Under the pieces are notes generated by a model that made no database searches, was not told the origin of the DNA, and saw only the letters and a list, made by a program, of their open reading frames with translations. The translations under genes were made by a program, and so were the position numbers. A DNA stretch of 64,000 bases from Alphaproteobacteria bacterium (GTDB taxonomy: Bacteria > Pseudomonadota > Alphaproteobacteria > RF32 > CAG-239): positions 98,724-162,723 of the forward strand of contig SUUK01000002.1 of the NCBI GenBank assembly GCA_015062535.1, written 5' to 3'. Each line of letters opens with the position of its first letter. Positions within the stretch are counted from its first letter, which is position 1. Below are positions 1 to 9,502 of the stretch, piece after piece.

Positions 1-808
1 TGCGCAAAGCTGATTGAGTGCTTGCAAAAGTGGTAATTGTTTGTGTGGTTTTTGGGGTTTCTGAGATAAGCTCTTGGCGAATAGCTTTTAGCCCTTCTTC
101 TATGTTTATTGATTCTGAAGCTGAAGGGGCTTCGTTTTTAGGTGCTTTTACTTGTTTTAAGTAATTTTCTGATGTGAGGAATGATGGGAATTCTTTAACA
201 TCAGGTGTTTTTGCTTCAGCAACTTTGGTTGTTGCTTTGATTTGTGTTGTAGGTTTTTGAGAGGCTTTTTCTTTGGATAGAGATGAGAAGATATCTTCTA
301 AAACATCATAAACCTTGCCTAATGGTCCATATTCTATTGTGCTAAATAGAATGTTGTGTGTGTCATAGGTTTTTAATTTTGCATGGATATCTTGGTAGCG
401 AGATTGAAATTCTAAGATACTTCCTTTTAAAAGTGGGTCTTTTTGTGCTTTTTGGAGCAAATGTTCAGAAAAACCGGTTTGGAAGTTGTTTATTTCTATA
501 AAAGTTTTAGCAATTAACCAGCGCTCGCCGTTTGAGGTGCGAGTTAAAAGGTGTTCCATTTGAGAACTTGAGATAGAATTGCTTCGTTTGATTATTTCTG
601 ATAGAGTTTCGTTGATATCAGAGATAAGAGTTTCTGATTGGGTGAGTATGAAATTGTTGTTAAACTCTTTTTTTTGTTCATTAAGAGATGAGTATATTGC
701 TAAAAGAGTTTCAGAGTTTTTTTTGGTTTGCTCTAAATAGAATAGTAGATATTGGTTATTTAGCTTTGATTGGATATAATTTTTTATAATGCAAAAGATT
801 ACCCACAT
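1..808 (-). CDS. hypothetical protein, 5' part only (ORF runs off window start); hydrophobic N-terminus then Ser/Thr/Lys-rich low-complexity region
   Basis: Manual translation of the minus strand gives an uninterrupted frame from ATG at 808..806 to position 1 (MWVIFCIIKNYIQSKLNNQYLLFYLEQTKKNSETLL...); not in ORF track because no stop inside window. Confidence 0.4.
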   Translation of the reverse strand, partial: MWVIFCIIKNYIQSKLNNQYLLFYLEQTKKNSETLLAIYSSLNEQKKEFNNNFILTQSETLISDINETLSEIIKRSNSISSSQMEHLLTRTSNGERWLIAKTFIEINNFQTGFSEHLLQKAQKDPLLKGSILEFQSRYQDIHAKLKTYDTHNILFSTIEYGPLGKVYDVLEDIFSSLSKEKASQKPTTQIKATTKVAEAKTPDVKEFPSFLTSENYLKQVKAPKNEAPSASESINIEEGLKAIRQELISETPKTTQTITTFASTQSALR

Positions 809-1138
809 AGCAATAATAGGTAATACTATGGTTAAAATATTTTTATAAGCTGTTTCAGGCAAAAATGGTGAAAAGCTAAGATTTTTTAAACAATAAATAA
901 ACCAAGAAGTGCTTGAAAAAGCTATTATAAAAAAAGATATATTTAACAATGTTTTACTCCGGATAGATTTTTTATGTATTGTAGTGCTATATGAGTATTT
1001 TGCAAATAAAAAAATGAGAAACTATAGAGTTTTATACAAGTTTTTCGGGGTTTAAATGTATAGATGTAAAAAAAATGGTGAAATTTTTTTATTTTATGAT
1101 ATAAGGGGGGCAATGTTAATTTTAAAAAGGTATAAAAA

Positions 1139-2113
1139 ATGACTGATTCTACAGCTGTTGTGCTTGATTTTGAAAAAGATATTTTGGAAATAGAAGAAAA
1201 AATTGAGCATTTGAAGCTTTTGGCAAAAGATGAGGATATGGATATCGCTCGTGAAATGCGCCATTTAGAAAGAAAACTTACTCAACATATTAATCGTACA
1301 TATATGAATTTGTCTGCTTGGCAAAAGGCTCAAATTGCAAGACATGCTTTGAGACCTCATTGTTTAGACTACATAAATGCATTAATTGAAGATTTTACAT
1401 TGCTTTCTGGTGATAGACGTTTTGCTGATGATGAAGCTATGGTTTGTGGCCTTGGTAAGATTGGTGGAATGGCTGTTGTGGTTATGGGACAAGAAAAGGG
1501 TAATGACCTTGATAGCCGTATTAAATATAATTTTGGTATGGCAAGACCTGAGGGATATCGCAAAGCTCAAAGAATGATGGATTTGGCTAATAAATTTAAT
1601 CTTCCTATAATTAGCTTTGTTGATACAGCTGGTGCTTATCCTGGTGTTGATGCAGAAGCTAGAGGTCAGGCTGAGGCAATAGCTGCTTCTATTGAAAAAT
1701 GTTTACAGGTTAAAGTTCCATTGGTTTCTTTGATTATTGGCGAAGGTGGTAGTGGTGGAGCTATTGCTATTGCAACTGCAAATAAGGTTTTGATGCTAGA
1801 ACATTCTATTTATTCTGTTATTTCTCCTGAGGGTTGTGCTTCTATTTTATGGCGCTCTCCAGATAAAACAAAAGATGCAACAGAAGCTCTTCGCTTAACA
1901 GCACAAGATTTGAAGGCTTTGGGTATTATTGATGAGATTATCAAAGAGCCTTTGGGTGGAGCTCATCGCAATAGAGAGCAAACCTTTGAGGCGGTTAAAG
2001 AAGCTTTGATACGTAATTTGAATGAGCTTGTAAAAATAAGTCCTGATGATTTAAAAACACAAAGAACTGATAAGTTTTTGAAGATGGGACGAAATATTAC
2101 AGTTGAATTTTAG
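1139..2113 (+). CDS. accA: acetyl-CoA carboxylase carboxyltransferase subunit alpha
   Basis: 324 aa; hallmark AccA blocks FNLPIISFVDTAGAYPGVDAEARGQAEAIA and SLIIGEGGSGGAIAI; ends with TAG. Confidence 0.95.
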   Translation: MTDSTAVVLDFEKDILEIEEKIEHLKLLAKDEDMDIAREMRHLERKLTQHINRTYMNLSAWQKAQIARHALRPHCLDYINALIEDFTLLSGDRRFADDEAMVCGLGKIGGMAVVVMGQEKGNDLDSRIKYNFGMARPEGYRKAQRMMDLANKFNLPIISFVDTAGAYPGVDAEARGQAEAIAASIEKCLQVKVPLVSLIIGEGGSGGAIAIATANKVLMLEHSIYSVISPEGCASILWRSPDKTKDATEALRLTAQDLKALGIIDEIIKEPLGGAHRNREQTFEAVKEALIRNLNELVKISPDDLKTQRTDKFLKMGRNITVEF

Positions 2114-2243
2114 ATATTAAGGGCAGTAAAAACTGCCCTTTAGTTTAGCTTAAAAAAGATAGATTGATGGTTATTTATGAGGTGTATGTTGAGGCATACA
2201 TTTGATTGTTGTTATTAAAATAATTGTTAAATTGGAGGTAAAT

Positions 2244-2402
2244 ATGAAAAATTCTCAATCTAAATTTGCTAATGAAAAGTCTAAATCAACTTCTTCTCAA
2301 TCATCTTCTAATGCAAGTAGTTCTGCTGCTGGTTGTTGTTGCGGTTCAAAGTTGTCTGATGAAATTGACGAAGTTGATTTTATTGAGGTTGATGAGAAAT
2401 AG
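2244..2402 (+). CDS. small Ser-rich acidic peptide (52 aa) with CCCG motif, upstream of hsp20
   Basis: ATG at 2244 preceded by GGAGG at 2234-2238; MKNSQSKFANEKSKSTSSQSSSNASSSAAGCCCGSKLSDEIDEVDFIEVDEK; no recognisable family. Confidence 0.35.
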   Translation: MKNSQSKFANEKSKSTSSQSSSNASSSAAGCCCGSKLSDEIDEVDFIEVDEK

Positions 2403-2419
2403 AGTTTAGGAGAAAATTA

Positions 2420-2887
2420 ATGAGAAATGCGGTGGCTAATAATACTCAAAAAAATCATGACTTATCCGTTTCTCACAATCCAACAGATTTTAGAAGCTTA
2501 ATGAATTATTTTTGGAATTATATTGATAACTCAAATGCTGATATGACTGATTTAGCGCCTAAAATTGAGGTATCTGAAGATAAAGATGCTGTAAATATTA
2601 TGGCAGAAATTCCAGGAATGAATGAAAAAGACATTGATTTGAAAGTTTCATCTGATGGATATTTGAGTATATCTGGTGAGAAAAGAAATGAAACAAAAAC
2701 AAAAGATAAAGATAATTATTTTTCTGAAATCTCGTATGGTATGTTTAAGCGTACCATACAGCTTCCTTGGGATTTGGATTATGATGCAACAACGGCTAAA
2801 TGTGATAATGGTGTGTTGAAAGTATCTATTCCAAAATCTCAAGTGGAAAAACAAAAGTTTAAGAAAATTAGTATTGAAAAATCATAA
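2420..2887 (+). CDS. Hsp20/alpha-crystallin family small heat shock protein
   Basis: 155 aa; alpha-crystallin domain pattern (IEVSEDKDAVNIMAEIPGMNEKDIDLKV...GVLKVSIPK). Confidence 0.88.
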   Translation: MRNAVANNTQKNHDLSVSHNPTDFRSLMNYFWNYIDNSNADMTDLAPKIEVSEDKDAVNIMAEIPGMNEKDIDLKVSSDGYLSISGEKRNETKTKDKDNYFSEISYGMFKRTIQLPWDLDYDATTAKCDNGVLKVSIPKSQVEKQKFKKISIEKS

Positions 2888-2905
2888 TTTTTTGCTTTTG
2901 TTTTT

Positions 2906-2931
2906 GGGGTTGGGTATCCAACCCTTTTTTA
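2906..2931 (+). terminator. Rho-independent terminator after hsp20
   Basis: stem gggttgg/ccaaccc with loop gtat followed by T-run. Confidence 0.6.
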
Positions 2932-3603
2932 TTTTAACTTTGTTGCTACAACTTTTTGATAAATTCCACCAAAGTAGGTTTGCTTTGACCATTTGCAGGT
3001 TTCGGCATTTGGAGTTAACCCTTTTATAGAATTTTTCCATAGAGCTTCGGCGAATGGTTGATATAACCTATTAAAAGCTCTTATGAAATACCATAATGGA
3101 TTAAATGGTGATGGTTTGTGATAATCTATAAATATGATTTTTCCACCAGGTTTTAGGGCTGATATTGATTTTTTTAGAAGTTTTGTGCGAGTAATTGGTG
3201 GAAGTTCATGTAATAACATATAGCAAATAATGGTATCGTATTCGCCTTTTATGGTTTTTGATGCGTCTGCATGTATGAAATTGATTTTTTGTTCTAAGTG
3301 TTTTTCTTGGCAATTTTCTAGTTGATGAGGAAGTATATCAACTATTGAATATGTACCAAAAGTTCCTACGGCATGGTAGGTTTTTTCTATTTGTGAACCA
3401 AGAGTTACGCCGATTTGGAGAATTTTGGAGTGTGGAGTAATTTCTTTTTTTAGTTCTTCAATTAGTGTATTATGATAGCCAAAAGTTAAGAGGTTTTGGA
3501 TTATTGAATTGTCTAATATGTTATAAACAAATGGTTTGAAGTATAACCAAGAATATACGTTTCTTATATATGGTGGGGATTTTCTTTTAGCTGTTTTATT
3601 CAT
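2929..3603 (-). CDS. class I SAM-dependent methyltransferase
   Basis: 224 aa; methyltransferase motif I region ILQIGVTLGSQ and downstream KPGGKIIFIDY typical of UbiE/RquA-like MTases. Confidence 0.7.
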   Translation of the reverse strand: MNKTAKRKSPPYIRNVYSWLYFKPFVYNILDNSIIQNLLTFGYHNTLIEELKKEITPHSKILQIGVTLGSQIEKTYHAVGTFGTYSIVDILPHQLENCQEKHLEQKINFIHADASKTIKGEYDTIICYMLLHELPPITRTKLLKKSISALKPGGKIIFIDYHKPSPFNPLWYFIRAFNRLYQPFAEALWKNSIKGLTPNAETCKWSKQTYFGGIYQKVVATKLK

Positions 3604-3615
3604 AATATCCTCTAA

Positions 3616-4317
3616 TTAGTTATTTTCTTCTTTAATGTATCCACGTTTTGCTGCTTCTATAACGGCAGAAGTTCTATTTTTTACATTTAATAGTTTTAAT
3701 ATGATTGTAATGTGTACTTTAATTGTTCCTTCTGTTAGGTTAAGCTTGTAAGCAATTTGTTTGTTTGATAAACCTTCGGCGATACATTTTACAATATCTA
3801 TTTGACGAGCTGTTAGGCCTTTAGACTCTGGTTTTGGGGTGCTTTGGGTTATTTTTTCTAATGTTTTTAATGGATTAAGGTATTCTTTTTGTTTTTCTTC
3901 TGATACGTCTTGAGTTTTTGAGGAATACAATAATTCATGCGGAATATACATACCTCCGGCAAGAACAAGGTTTATAGCGCTAACAATCAAGTTGTTTGAT
4001 GATGTTTTAGGAATATATCCAGATACACCAATATCTAGGGTTTGTTGCAATAATTCTTTATCAAACACTGCGGAGATGATAATGATTGGGGTGTCTGGTA
4101 GGGTGTCGTGTATTTTGGTGATGGCTGTTAGCCAATTTGCTCCAGGCATTGCAAGGTCTGTAATAACGAGGTCAAAATCTTTTTGTTTTTCAATTATTGA
4201 AAATATCTCAGTATAATTTTGAGCAGTTGTTATTTCTGGGTTTTGTAGGTTTTGCTCTAATGTGAACTCTAAACCTTTTAAGAATAATTCATGATCATCT
4301 GCTATTAATATTTTCAT
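3616..4317 (-). CDS. two-component response regulator, NarL/FixJ (LuxR-type HTH) family
   Basis: REC domain (KILIADDHELF...ITDLAMPG) plus C-terminal LuxR HTH (LTARQIDIVKCIAEGLSNKQIAYKLNLTEGTIKVHI); probable ATG at 4317 preceded by GGAG; track ORF starts further upstream at a GTG. Confidence 0.85.
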   Translation of the reverse strand: MKILIADDHELFLKGLEFTLEQNLQNPEITTAQNYTEIFSIIEKQKDFDLVITDLAMPGANWLTAITKIHDTLPDTPIIIISAVFDKELLQQTLDIGVSGYIPKTSSNNLIVSAINLVLAGGMYIPHELLYSSKTQDVSEEKQKEYLNPLKTLEKITQSTPKPESKGLTARQIDIVKCIAEGLSNKQIAYKLNLTEGTIKVHITIILKLLNVKNRTSAVIEAAKRGYIKEENN

Positions 4318-4318
4318 T

Positions 4319-5050
4319 TTAATTACTCCAATCACCTAATACCATTTGCCAACATGAAAGAGCGGAAAGAGAAGCTGTTTCGGCTCTTAGGATTCTAGGT
4401 CCAAGTGTTGCACCTTTGGCAAATGAGCTATTTCTTAATGTGTTTAATTCTTCTTTTGAAAAACCGCCTTCGGGACCAATAAGTAGGGCTGATTTGGTTG
4501 AAGAAGATGTTTTTAATAATTCATAAAAAGGGAGGCTTTCTAAGGTTTCATCCATAAAGTATAGTGTGCGTTCTTTATCCCAGTTTGTTAAAATTGTTTG
4601 CAATGTTTGAGGGGAAGATATTTCAGGAATATCGGTTCTTCTTGATTGTTCTGATGCTTCGATTGCTTGAGCAAGGTAGCGCTCGGTTTTGATATTGTTT
4701 GTTATAGTGTGTGTGGTTAGGGTTGGAATTATTTTTCTAACTCCAAGTTCGGTTGCTTTTTCTATAACAAAATCTGTATTATCTTTTTTTAATGGGGCAA
4801 AAAGTAACCAAATATCTGGTGATTGTTTATAGGGTTTGGTTTTTTGTTTAACCAGAATTTCGGTGTTTTTTTTGTTTATACTAATTATTTCGCACAAGAA
4901 TTCACCATTTTTGTTATCAAAACAATGTAATGTGTCTTGATTTGAGATTTTTACTACATTTTTTAAATAATGAGTTTGTTGCTCGTTTAAAAATATAGTT
5001 TTATCTATTATTAGTTCTTCTTCTGTGTATAAACGAAAGTTTTTTGCCAT
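4319..5050 (-). CDS. rsmE: 16S rRNA (uracil1498-N3)-methyltransferase
   Basis: 243 aa; RsmE C-terminal signature LLIGPEGGFSKEEL...ATLGPRILRAETA. Confidence 0.85.
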   Translation of the reverse strand: MAKNFRLYTEEELIIDKTIFLNEQQTHYLKNVVKISNQDTLHCFDNKNGEFLCEIISINKKNTEILVKQKTKPYKQSPDIWLLFAPLKKDNTDFVIEKATELGVRKIIPTLTTHTITNNIKTERYLAQAIEASEQSRRTDIPEISSPQTLQTILTNWDKERTLYFMDETLESLPFYELLKTSSSTKSALLIGPEGGFSKEELNTLRNSSFAKGATLGPRILRAETASLSALSCWQMVLGDWSN

Positions 5051-5145
5051 TTTCTTATTCTTCGTGTAAATTGAGTTTATATTTAAGATATTAATGAGAA
5101 TATGTTAAAGAATAAATAAAATTTGTTAATTTATGGACAGGGGGT

Positions 5146-5805
5146 ATGATGATTATTACAATTGATGGTCCTGCAGCGGCTGGTAAAGGCACTCTTTCTC
5201 AAAAGCTGGCAGACAAATATGGTCTTGCTTATTTTGATACAGGGATGGTTTATAGAGCTGTTGGGCTTTGTATGTTGCTAGGTGGTAAAGATTTGAAAGA
5301 TGTAGCAACTGCAGAGCAAGAAGCAGGGGCTCTTACATTTGCAAAAATGATTGAATTATCTAAACATAGTGATTTTCGTTCTGCAAAAGGTGGAGAGGCG
5401 GCATCAATTGTTTCTAGTTACCCAGGTGTTAGAGCTAGACTTTTGGATATGCAAAGAAATTTTTATAAGAATCCAACATTTGCTGATGGGACTCCTGCAA
5501 AAGGTGTTATTTATGATGGTAGAGATACTGGTACTGTTATTTGTCCTAGTGCAGATATTAAGTTTTTTATCACCGCATCTCCTGAAGTTAGAGCTAGAAG
5601 ACGTTATGATGAGTTTGTGGCAAAAGGTATGGAAACTGAGTATGAAACTGTGCTAAAAGATGTAAAGACTCGTGATGAACGTGATGCAAATCGTAAAGAT
5701 GCACCAATGAAACCTGCAGATGATGCAATTATTTTGGATACTTCTGATATGGGAATCGACGAGGTATATGATGAAGCAGTTAGAATTATTGAAGTAAAAA
5801 AATAA
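5146..5805 (+). CDS. cmk: cytidylate kinase
   Basis: IITIDGPAAAGKGTLSQKLADKYGLAYFDTGMVYRAVG P-loop and Cmk-specific blocks. Confidence 0.93.
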   Translation: MMIITIDGPAAAGKGTLSQKLADKYGLAYFDTGMVYRAVGLCMLLGGKDLKDVATAEQEAGALTFAKMIELSKHSDFRSAKGGEAASIVSSYPGVRARLLDMQRNFYKNPTFADGTPAKGVIYDGRDTGTVICPSADIKFFITASPEVRARRRYDEFVAKGMETEYETVLKDVKTRDERDANRKDAPMKPADDAIILDTSDMGIDEVYDEAVRIIEVKK

Positions 5806-5903
5806 AGTATTTTAGCGTTAAATCAATAAGGTAGCAATTGGGCTACCTTTTTTGTTGCAAAAAATAAAATAAGTGATATTGTTTGTTTTACAAAAATATA
5901 TAT

Positions 5904-6515
5904 ATGTCAATTATGAGTAAAATCAACGTTTACGTCGTACGCCATGGTCAGACAGATATGAATGTCGCTCAAAAATGGCAAGGCAGTGGTTCAGACTGTT
6001 TATTAAACGAAACAGGAAAAGCGCAAGCTTCTAATTTAGGTGAAACAATTAAGCATAAATATATTCGCAAGTTTTATTGCTCTCCTTTGCTTAGAGCAGT
6101 ACAAACAGCCAATATTGTTGCTGATAAAAATTTCACTTATGCTCCAATAACAATCTTAAAAGATTTAAGAGAGTGTGATTTTGGTGATTTTGAAGGTAAA
6201 CCTTATGATGAGGTTGAAGAAAAGTATGGTGATGAAATTCATGATTTTTTCTGGCCTACAAAGGAAACTTGGGGAAAAAAATTTCCAAATGGTGAAAGCA
6301 AAAAGGAAGTTTTTGAAAGAGTAATTAAGGCTTTGAACTACATTGTTAGTTGCCATAAATTTGATTTAGCGGATGTTGGTGTCGTATGCCATGCCGGAGT
6401 TATAAATGCCCTTGCGTGTGGTTTGGGTTTAACTGATGTTTGTTATGACAACTGCAGTGTTTTGCATTTGGTTTTTGATTATGACAAATGTGAGTTTGTG
6501 CACGTGAAAGATTAA
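5904..6515 (+). CDS. histidine phosphatase (phosphoglycerate mutase) family protein
   Basis: VYVVRHGQTDMN...G catalytic RHG motif; start chosen at ATG 5904 (track ORF begins at upstream TTG 5883). Confidence 0.8.
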   Translation: MSIMSKINVYVVRHGQTDMNVAQKWQGSGSDCLLNETGKAQASNLGETIKHKYIRKFYCSPLLRAVQTANIVADKNFTYAPITILKDLRECDFGDFEGKPYDEVEEKYGDEIHDFFWPTKETWGKKFPNGESKKEVFERVIKALNYIVSCHKFDLADVGVVCHAGVINALACGLGLTDVCYDNCSVLHLVFDYDKCEFVHVKD

Positions 6516-6581
6516 AAAGTTAGACCGCTCCTAAAAGGGGCGGTTTACTTTTTGTTAAATAATAATTTTTATATTTAGAAT

Positions 6582-7214
6582 ATGAAAAATGAGTTGTTGA
6601 AATATAATGAATGTTTTGTCTTGAATGGTTTTGAGGGACAAATAGAAGAAAAAAGTGTTTTTTTATATATTGAAAAATGCTCGAAGGTATGTTTGAGCGC
6701 TCCGCATAGTGTTAAAAGTTTTGCAAATAAAACGATAAAAAAGAGCGATTTGTTTACAGGTGCTTTGGTTAGTTTTGTTGGTGAAAAGTTTGGTTTTTCT
6801 TATATTGTTAGAAATAAATTTGTAGATTATAAATGCAGAATTGATGATTTTGTGTTAGAAAATAAGTTAGATAATCATTATTTTTTGGATATTCATGGTA
6901 TGAAGAATAATGATGATTTTGATTTGGCTGTGGGGCTTGGTTATGAAGGTATTGAAGATTACAGAGCAGAATTAGAAAAAATTGATGAATTAGCTTTAAA
7001 ATTTGGTATTAGGTATATTGTAAATCACCCTTGTTACATGGGTAAAGCGGGATTTACGGGTAAATTTCAGCAAAAAAGCGGTAAAAAAAGTATAATGCAA
7101 TTAGAATGGAGTAAAGATTTTAGAGATTTTAATAAAAAAATTGAGATAGTGGAAGAAAAAACAATACCTTTTTTGGTAGAATTTGCTAGGTATATTAATG
7201 AATTGGTAAAATAG
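6582..7214 (+). CDS. hypothetical protein, weak resemblance to N-formylglutamate amidohydrolase/zinc-hydrolase fold
   Basis: 210 aa; motifs LSAPHS and LDIHGM reminiscent of FGase family; weak. Confidence 0.35.
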   Translation: MKNELLKYNECFVLNGFEGQIEEKSVFLYIEKCSKVCLSAPHSVKSFANKTIKKSDLFTGALVSFVGEKFGFSYIVRNKFVDYKCRIDDFVLENKLDNHYFLDIHGMKNNDDFDLAVGLGYEGIEDYRAELEKIDELALKFGIRYIVNHPCYMGKAGFTGKFQQKSGKKSIMQLEWSKDFRDFNKKIEIVEEKTIPFLVEFARYINELVK

Positions 7215-7215
7215 G

Positions 7216-7292
7216 TGGTGCACCCGGCGAGGTTCGAACTCGCAACCTTTGGCGTCGGAGGCCAACACTCTATCCAGTTGAGCTACGGGTAC
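7216..7292 (-). tRNA. tRNA-Arg (anticodon CCG)
   Basis: Reverse complement folds as cloverleaf: acceptor GTACCCG/CGGGTGC+A+CCA, anticodon stem TTGGC/GCCAA with loop CTCCGAC, T-arm GGTTCGAAC; close to E. coli argX-type sequence. Confidence 0.85.
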
Positions 7293-7435
7293 GATTTTAT
7301 CGATAAGATGTGTTTTATATTATAAAAATCGTAAAAAATCTAGTTTTTTTTAAAGTTTTTTAGAAGATTTTACTTGACTTATTAGGATTATGTTTGTATG
7401 TATGAGCAAAAGTTTTTTGAGTAAAGGATAAAAAA

Positions 7436-7720
7436 ATGGCTAAGAAATGTGAAATTTCAGGCACTGGTGTTATGAGCGGTAACAATGTTAGCCACGCTAA
7501 CAATAGAACACGCCGTCGCTTTTTGCCTAATCTTCAAGTAGTTTCTCTTTTGAGTGAAGCTTTGGGTAAAGTTTATAAATTGAGAATCTGCACAAAAACT
7601 CTTCGTTCTATTGAACACAAGGGTGGTTTGGATGCTTATTTGATGGCTACTCCTGATAGTAAGTTATCTGAAGAAGCAAAGAAAATTAAAAAAGTTGTTG
7701 CAGGCAAAGTTTCTGCTTAA
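7436..7720 (+). CDS. rpmB: 50S ribosomal protein L28 (long alphaproteobacterial form)
   Basis: MAKKCEISGTGVMSGNNVSHANNRTRRRFLPNLQ; 94 aa as in Rickettsia-type L28. Confidence 0.92.
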   Translation: MAKKCEISGTGVMSGNNVSHANNRTRRRFLPNLQVVSLLSEALGKVYKLRICTKTLRSIEHKGGLDAYLMATPDSKLSEEAKKIKKVVAGKVSA

Positions 7721-7750
7721 TATAAATTTGCTTATAAAGTATGAGTTCTA

Positions 7751-7776
7751 AAGGTCGCTTTGGGCGACCTTTTTTG
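7751..7776 (+). terminator. Rho-independent terminator after rpmB
   Basis: aggtcgc/gcgacct stem followed by TTTTT; a second convergent hairpin (ccgtaaatca/tgatttacgg, about 7789..7812) serves the minus-strand gene. Confidence 0.6.
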
Positions 7777-7820
7777 TATATAAAAACACCGTAAATCAAA
7801 AATGATTTACGGTATTTGTT

Positions 7821-8219
7821 TTAGCCAATGGCGCAGAGGTAGACTTTGTCTTGAAAAATCTTCTCTAAATCTTTGCACTTGTTAAGTAATTGTTGTGTTC
7901 TCATGAGTGCAAGGATGAAAAGTACAATCATTGTAATTGTGTATCCCCAAAAATAACCGCTTGATAGCGGAAAAATGAAGAAAACCCACACAAAAAATGA
8001 AAGAGCAAAGAACATTACTCCGAGTGGAACTGCTTTTAGAAGTAGGTTAAGAACTTTTTGATGTGCTTTAAATGCGTCTGCTTCAACAGTGGATTTTGCG
8101 AAAATTGCAAGTCCGTCGTTAATTTTGCAGAAAACATCAAAACCAGCTTCATGTGGTTGTTTTTTCTTGTCAGCAACGAAACGTGTTGTTGCTTTTTCTT
8201 TTAATAATTGAGATGACAT
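7821..8219 (-). CDS. small membrane protein, paralog family member 1 (soluble N-terminus + 2 TM)
   Basis: 132 aa; N-terminal QLLKEKA... then two hydrophobic helices; paralogous to 8338..8730 and 8862..9254. Confidence 0.55.
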   Translation of the reverse strand: MSSQLLKEKATTRFVADKKKQPHEAGFDVFCKINDGLAIFAKSTVEADAFKAHQKVLNLLLKAVPLGVMFFALSFFVWVFFIFPLSSGYFWGYTITMIVLFILALMRTQQLLNKCKDLEKIFQDKVYLCAIG

Positions 8220-8337
8220 ACTGTGTAAAATTTTTGCATAAGATAATAATTTAGTTGTTTGGTCAGTTTAGAATATTTTATTTAAAATGCAATAGAGAAT
8301 TAAATAAAAAAAACCTACCTCTAGGGTAGGTTTTTCA

Positions 8338-8730
8338 TTAGTCTTTTTGGTAAATTATTACTTTACCTTTGCAGACTGCTTCATTAAGGCGAATGAGTTT
8401 TAGCCCGTGAAGGTAAAACCAAATGCAAAAAACGATAAATACTGCGAGCATGATAAGCAGAAGTATTGACAGCGGTTTGTTAAAAGGACCGCAATTTGCG
8501 TAACTAAAAAATCCTACCAAGATGACACTTAGGTTGATGATAAAAGAATACAACATCATTTTGATGAGTTTCTTTGTTTTGATGTAAGCAGAAATTTCTC
8601 GTTGTTTTTTTGCAAAAAGAACAGTGTTCTTCCATTGAAGAACTTGGGTGTATCCCATTTGGTCATGCGCTTTTCCGTATTCTTTTACAAATTCGGATTT
8701 TGCTTTGTTTAATAATTCGTTAGGTTTCAT
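8338..8730 (-). CDS. small membrane protein, paralog family member 2
   Basis: 130 aa; NELLNKAKSEFVKEYGKAHD...WKNTVLFAKKQ then 2 TM; C-terminal ...KGKVIIYQKD. Confidence 0.55.
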   Translation of the reverse strand: MKPNELLNKAKSEFVKEYGKAHDQMGYTQVLQWKNTVLFAKKQREISAYIKTKKLIKMMLYSFIINLSVILVGFFSYANCGPFNKPLSILLLIMLAVFIVFCIWFYLHGLKLIRLNEAVCKGKVIIYQKD

Positions 8731-8861
8731 AATAGTGTATTTAGATAATAATTTGTTTTATGAGCGGGATTATAGCTAGCAAAACAAATTTTTCAATATA
8801 ATTTTTGTAAAAAAAATCCCTATTTGATGTTTTTGATTGTTCAAATAGGGAAAATAGAGTT

Positions 8862-9254
8862 TTAATCTTTAATTTTAATTAGTGTGATTTGATTGTTTTG
8901 GATTTTATTTAAGCGGTAAAGCTTGTATAAACTCCATAACAAAATCAAGATTGGCGTTGCAATTGATAAACTCATTAGAGTAGTTACGTCGGTGTTGTTT
9001 ACCATTGCTAGCGCATCTGTAATGTACGTACAAGTTCCGGCGACAACAGGCAAGACAACAATAATTCCAAGAAGTGGAATTAAATATTGTAGTATAAGCT
9101 CTTCATAAAAAAAGGCTCGCAGAACTTTTTCGTCTGGCGCATAGACGAAGTGATTATTCCAAATTGCAATTGAAGAACAATTGGCTTCGTCAGGGGTTTT
9201 GCCGAACTGTTGTTTGTACTTTTGGTACGCTTTTTCTAATAATTGTTTATTCAT
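8862..9254 (-). CDS. small membrane protein, paralog family member 3
   Basis: 130 aa; KQLLEKAYQKYKQQFGKTPDE...WNNHFVYAPDE then 2 TM; C-terminal ...NNQITLIKIKD parallels paralog 2. Confidence 0.55.
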   Translation of the reverse strand: MNKQLLEKAYQKYKQQFGKTPDEANCSSIAIWNNHFVYAPDEKVLRAFFYEELILQYLIPLLGIIVVLPVVAGTCTYITDALAMVNNTDVTTLMSLSIATPILILLWSLYKLYRLNKIQNNQITLIKIKD

Positions 9255-9374
9255 AAATATAAATAGTTGAGTTAATAATTTTTTTATCGAGTGGATTTTA
9301 GGAAAATATTAAAAAAAATGCAATATAATTTTTGCTTGATTTTTGTGAGGTATATGTATAATGTTTAGGTGTTT

Positions 9375-9451
9375 CGGGACGTAGTTCAGCCTGGTAGAGC
9401 GCATGCATGGGGTGCATGAAGTCGGAGGTTCGAATCCTCTCGTCCCGACCA
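9375..9451 (+). tRNA. tRNA-Pro (anticodon GGG)
   Basis: CGGGACGTAGTTCAGCCTGGTAGAGCGCATGCATGGGGTGCATGAAGTCGGAGGTTCGAATCCTCTCGTCCCGACCA; near-identical architecture to E. coli proL; anticodon loop ATGGGGT. Confidence 0.9.
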
Positions 9452-9502
9452 AATTTTTGAATGCTTATATATAAATACAGATAAACATAAAGGAATTGGT
9501 CG

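Noticed and set aside
3616-4335. Upstream GTG-initiated extension (MIGVIK) of the response regulator and extension of mpl to 57615
   Set aside because: Internal ATGs with better RBS (4317; 57501) give N-termini matching family conventions (MKILIADD; MAKIGFCAIAGSG).
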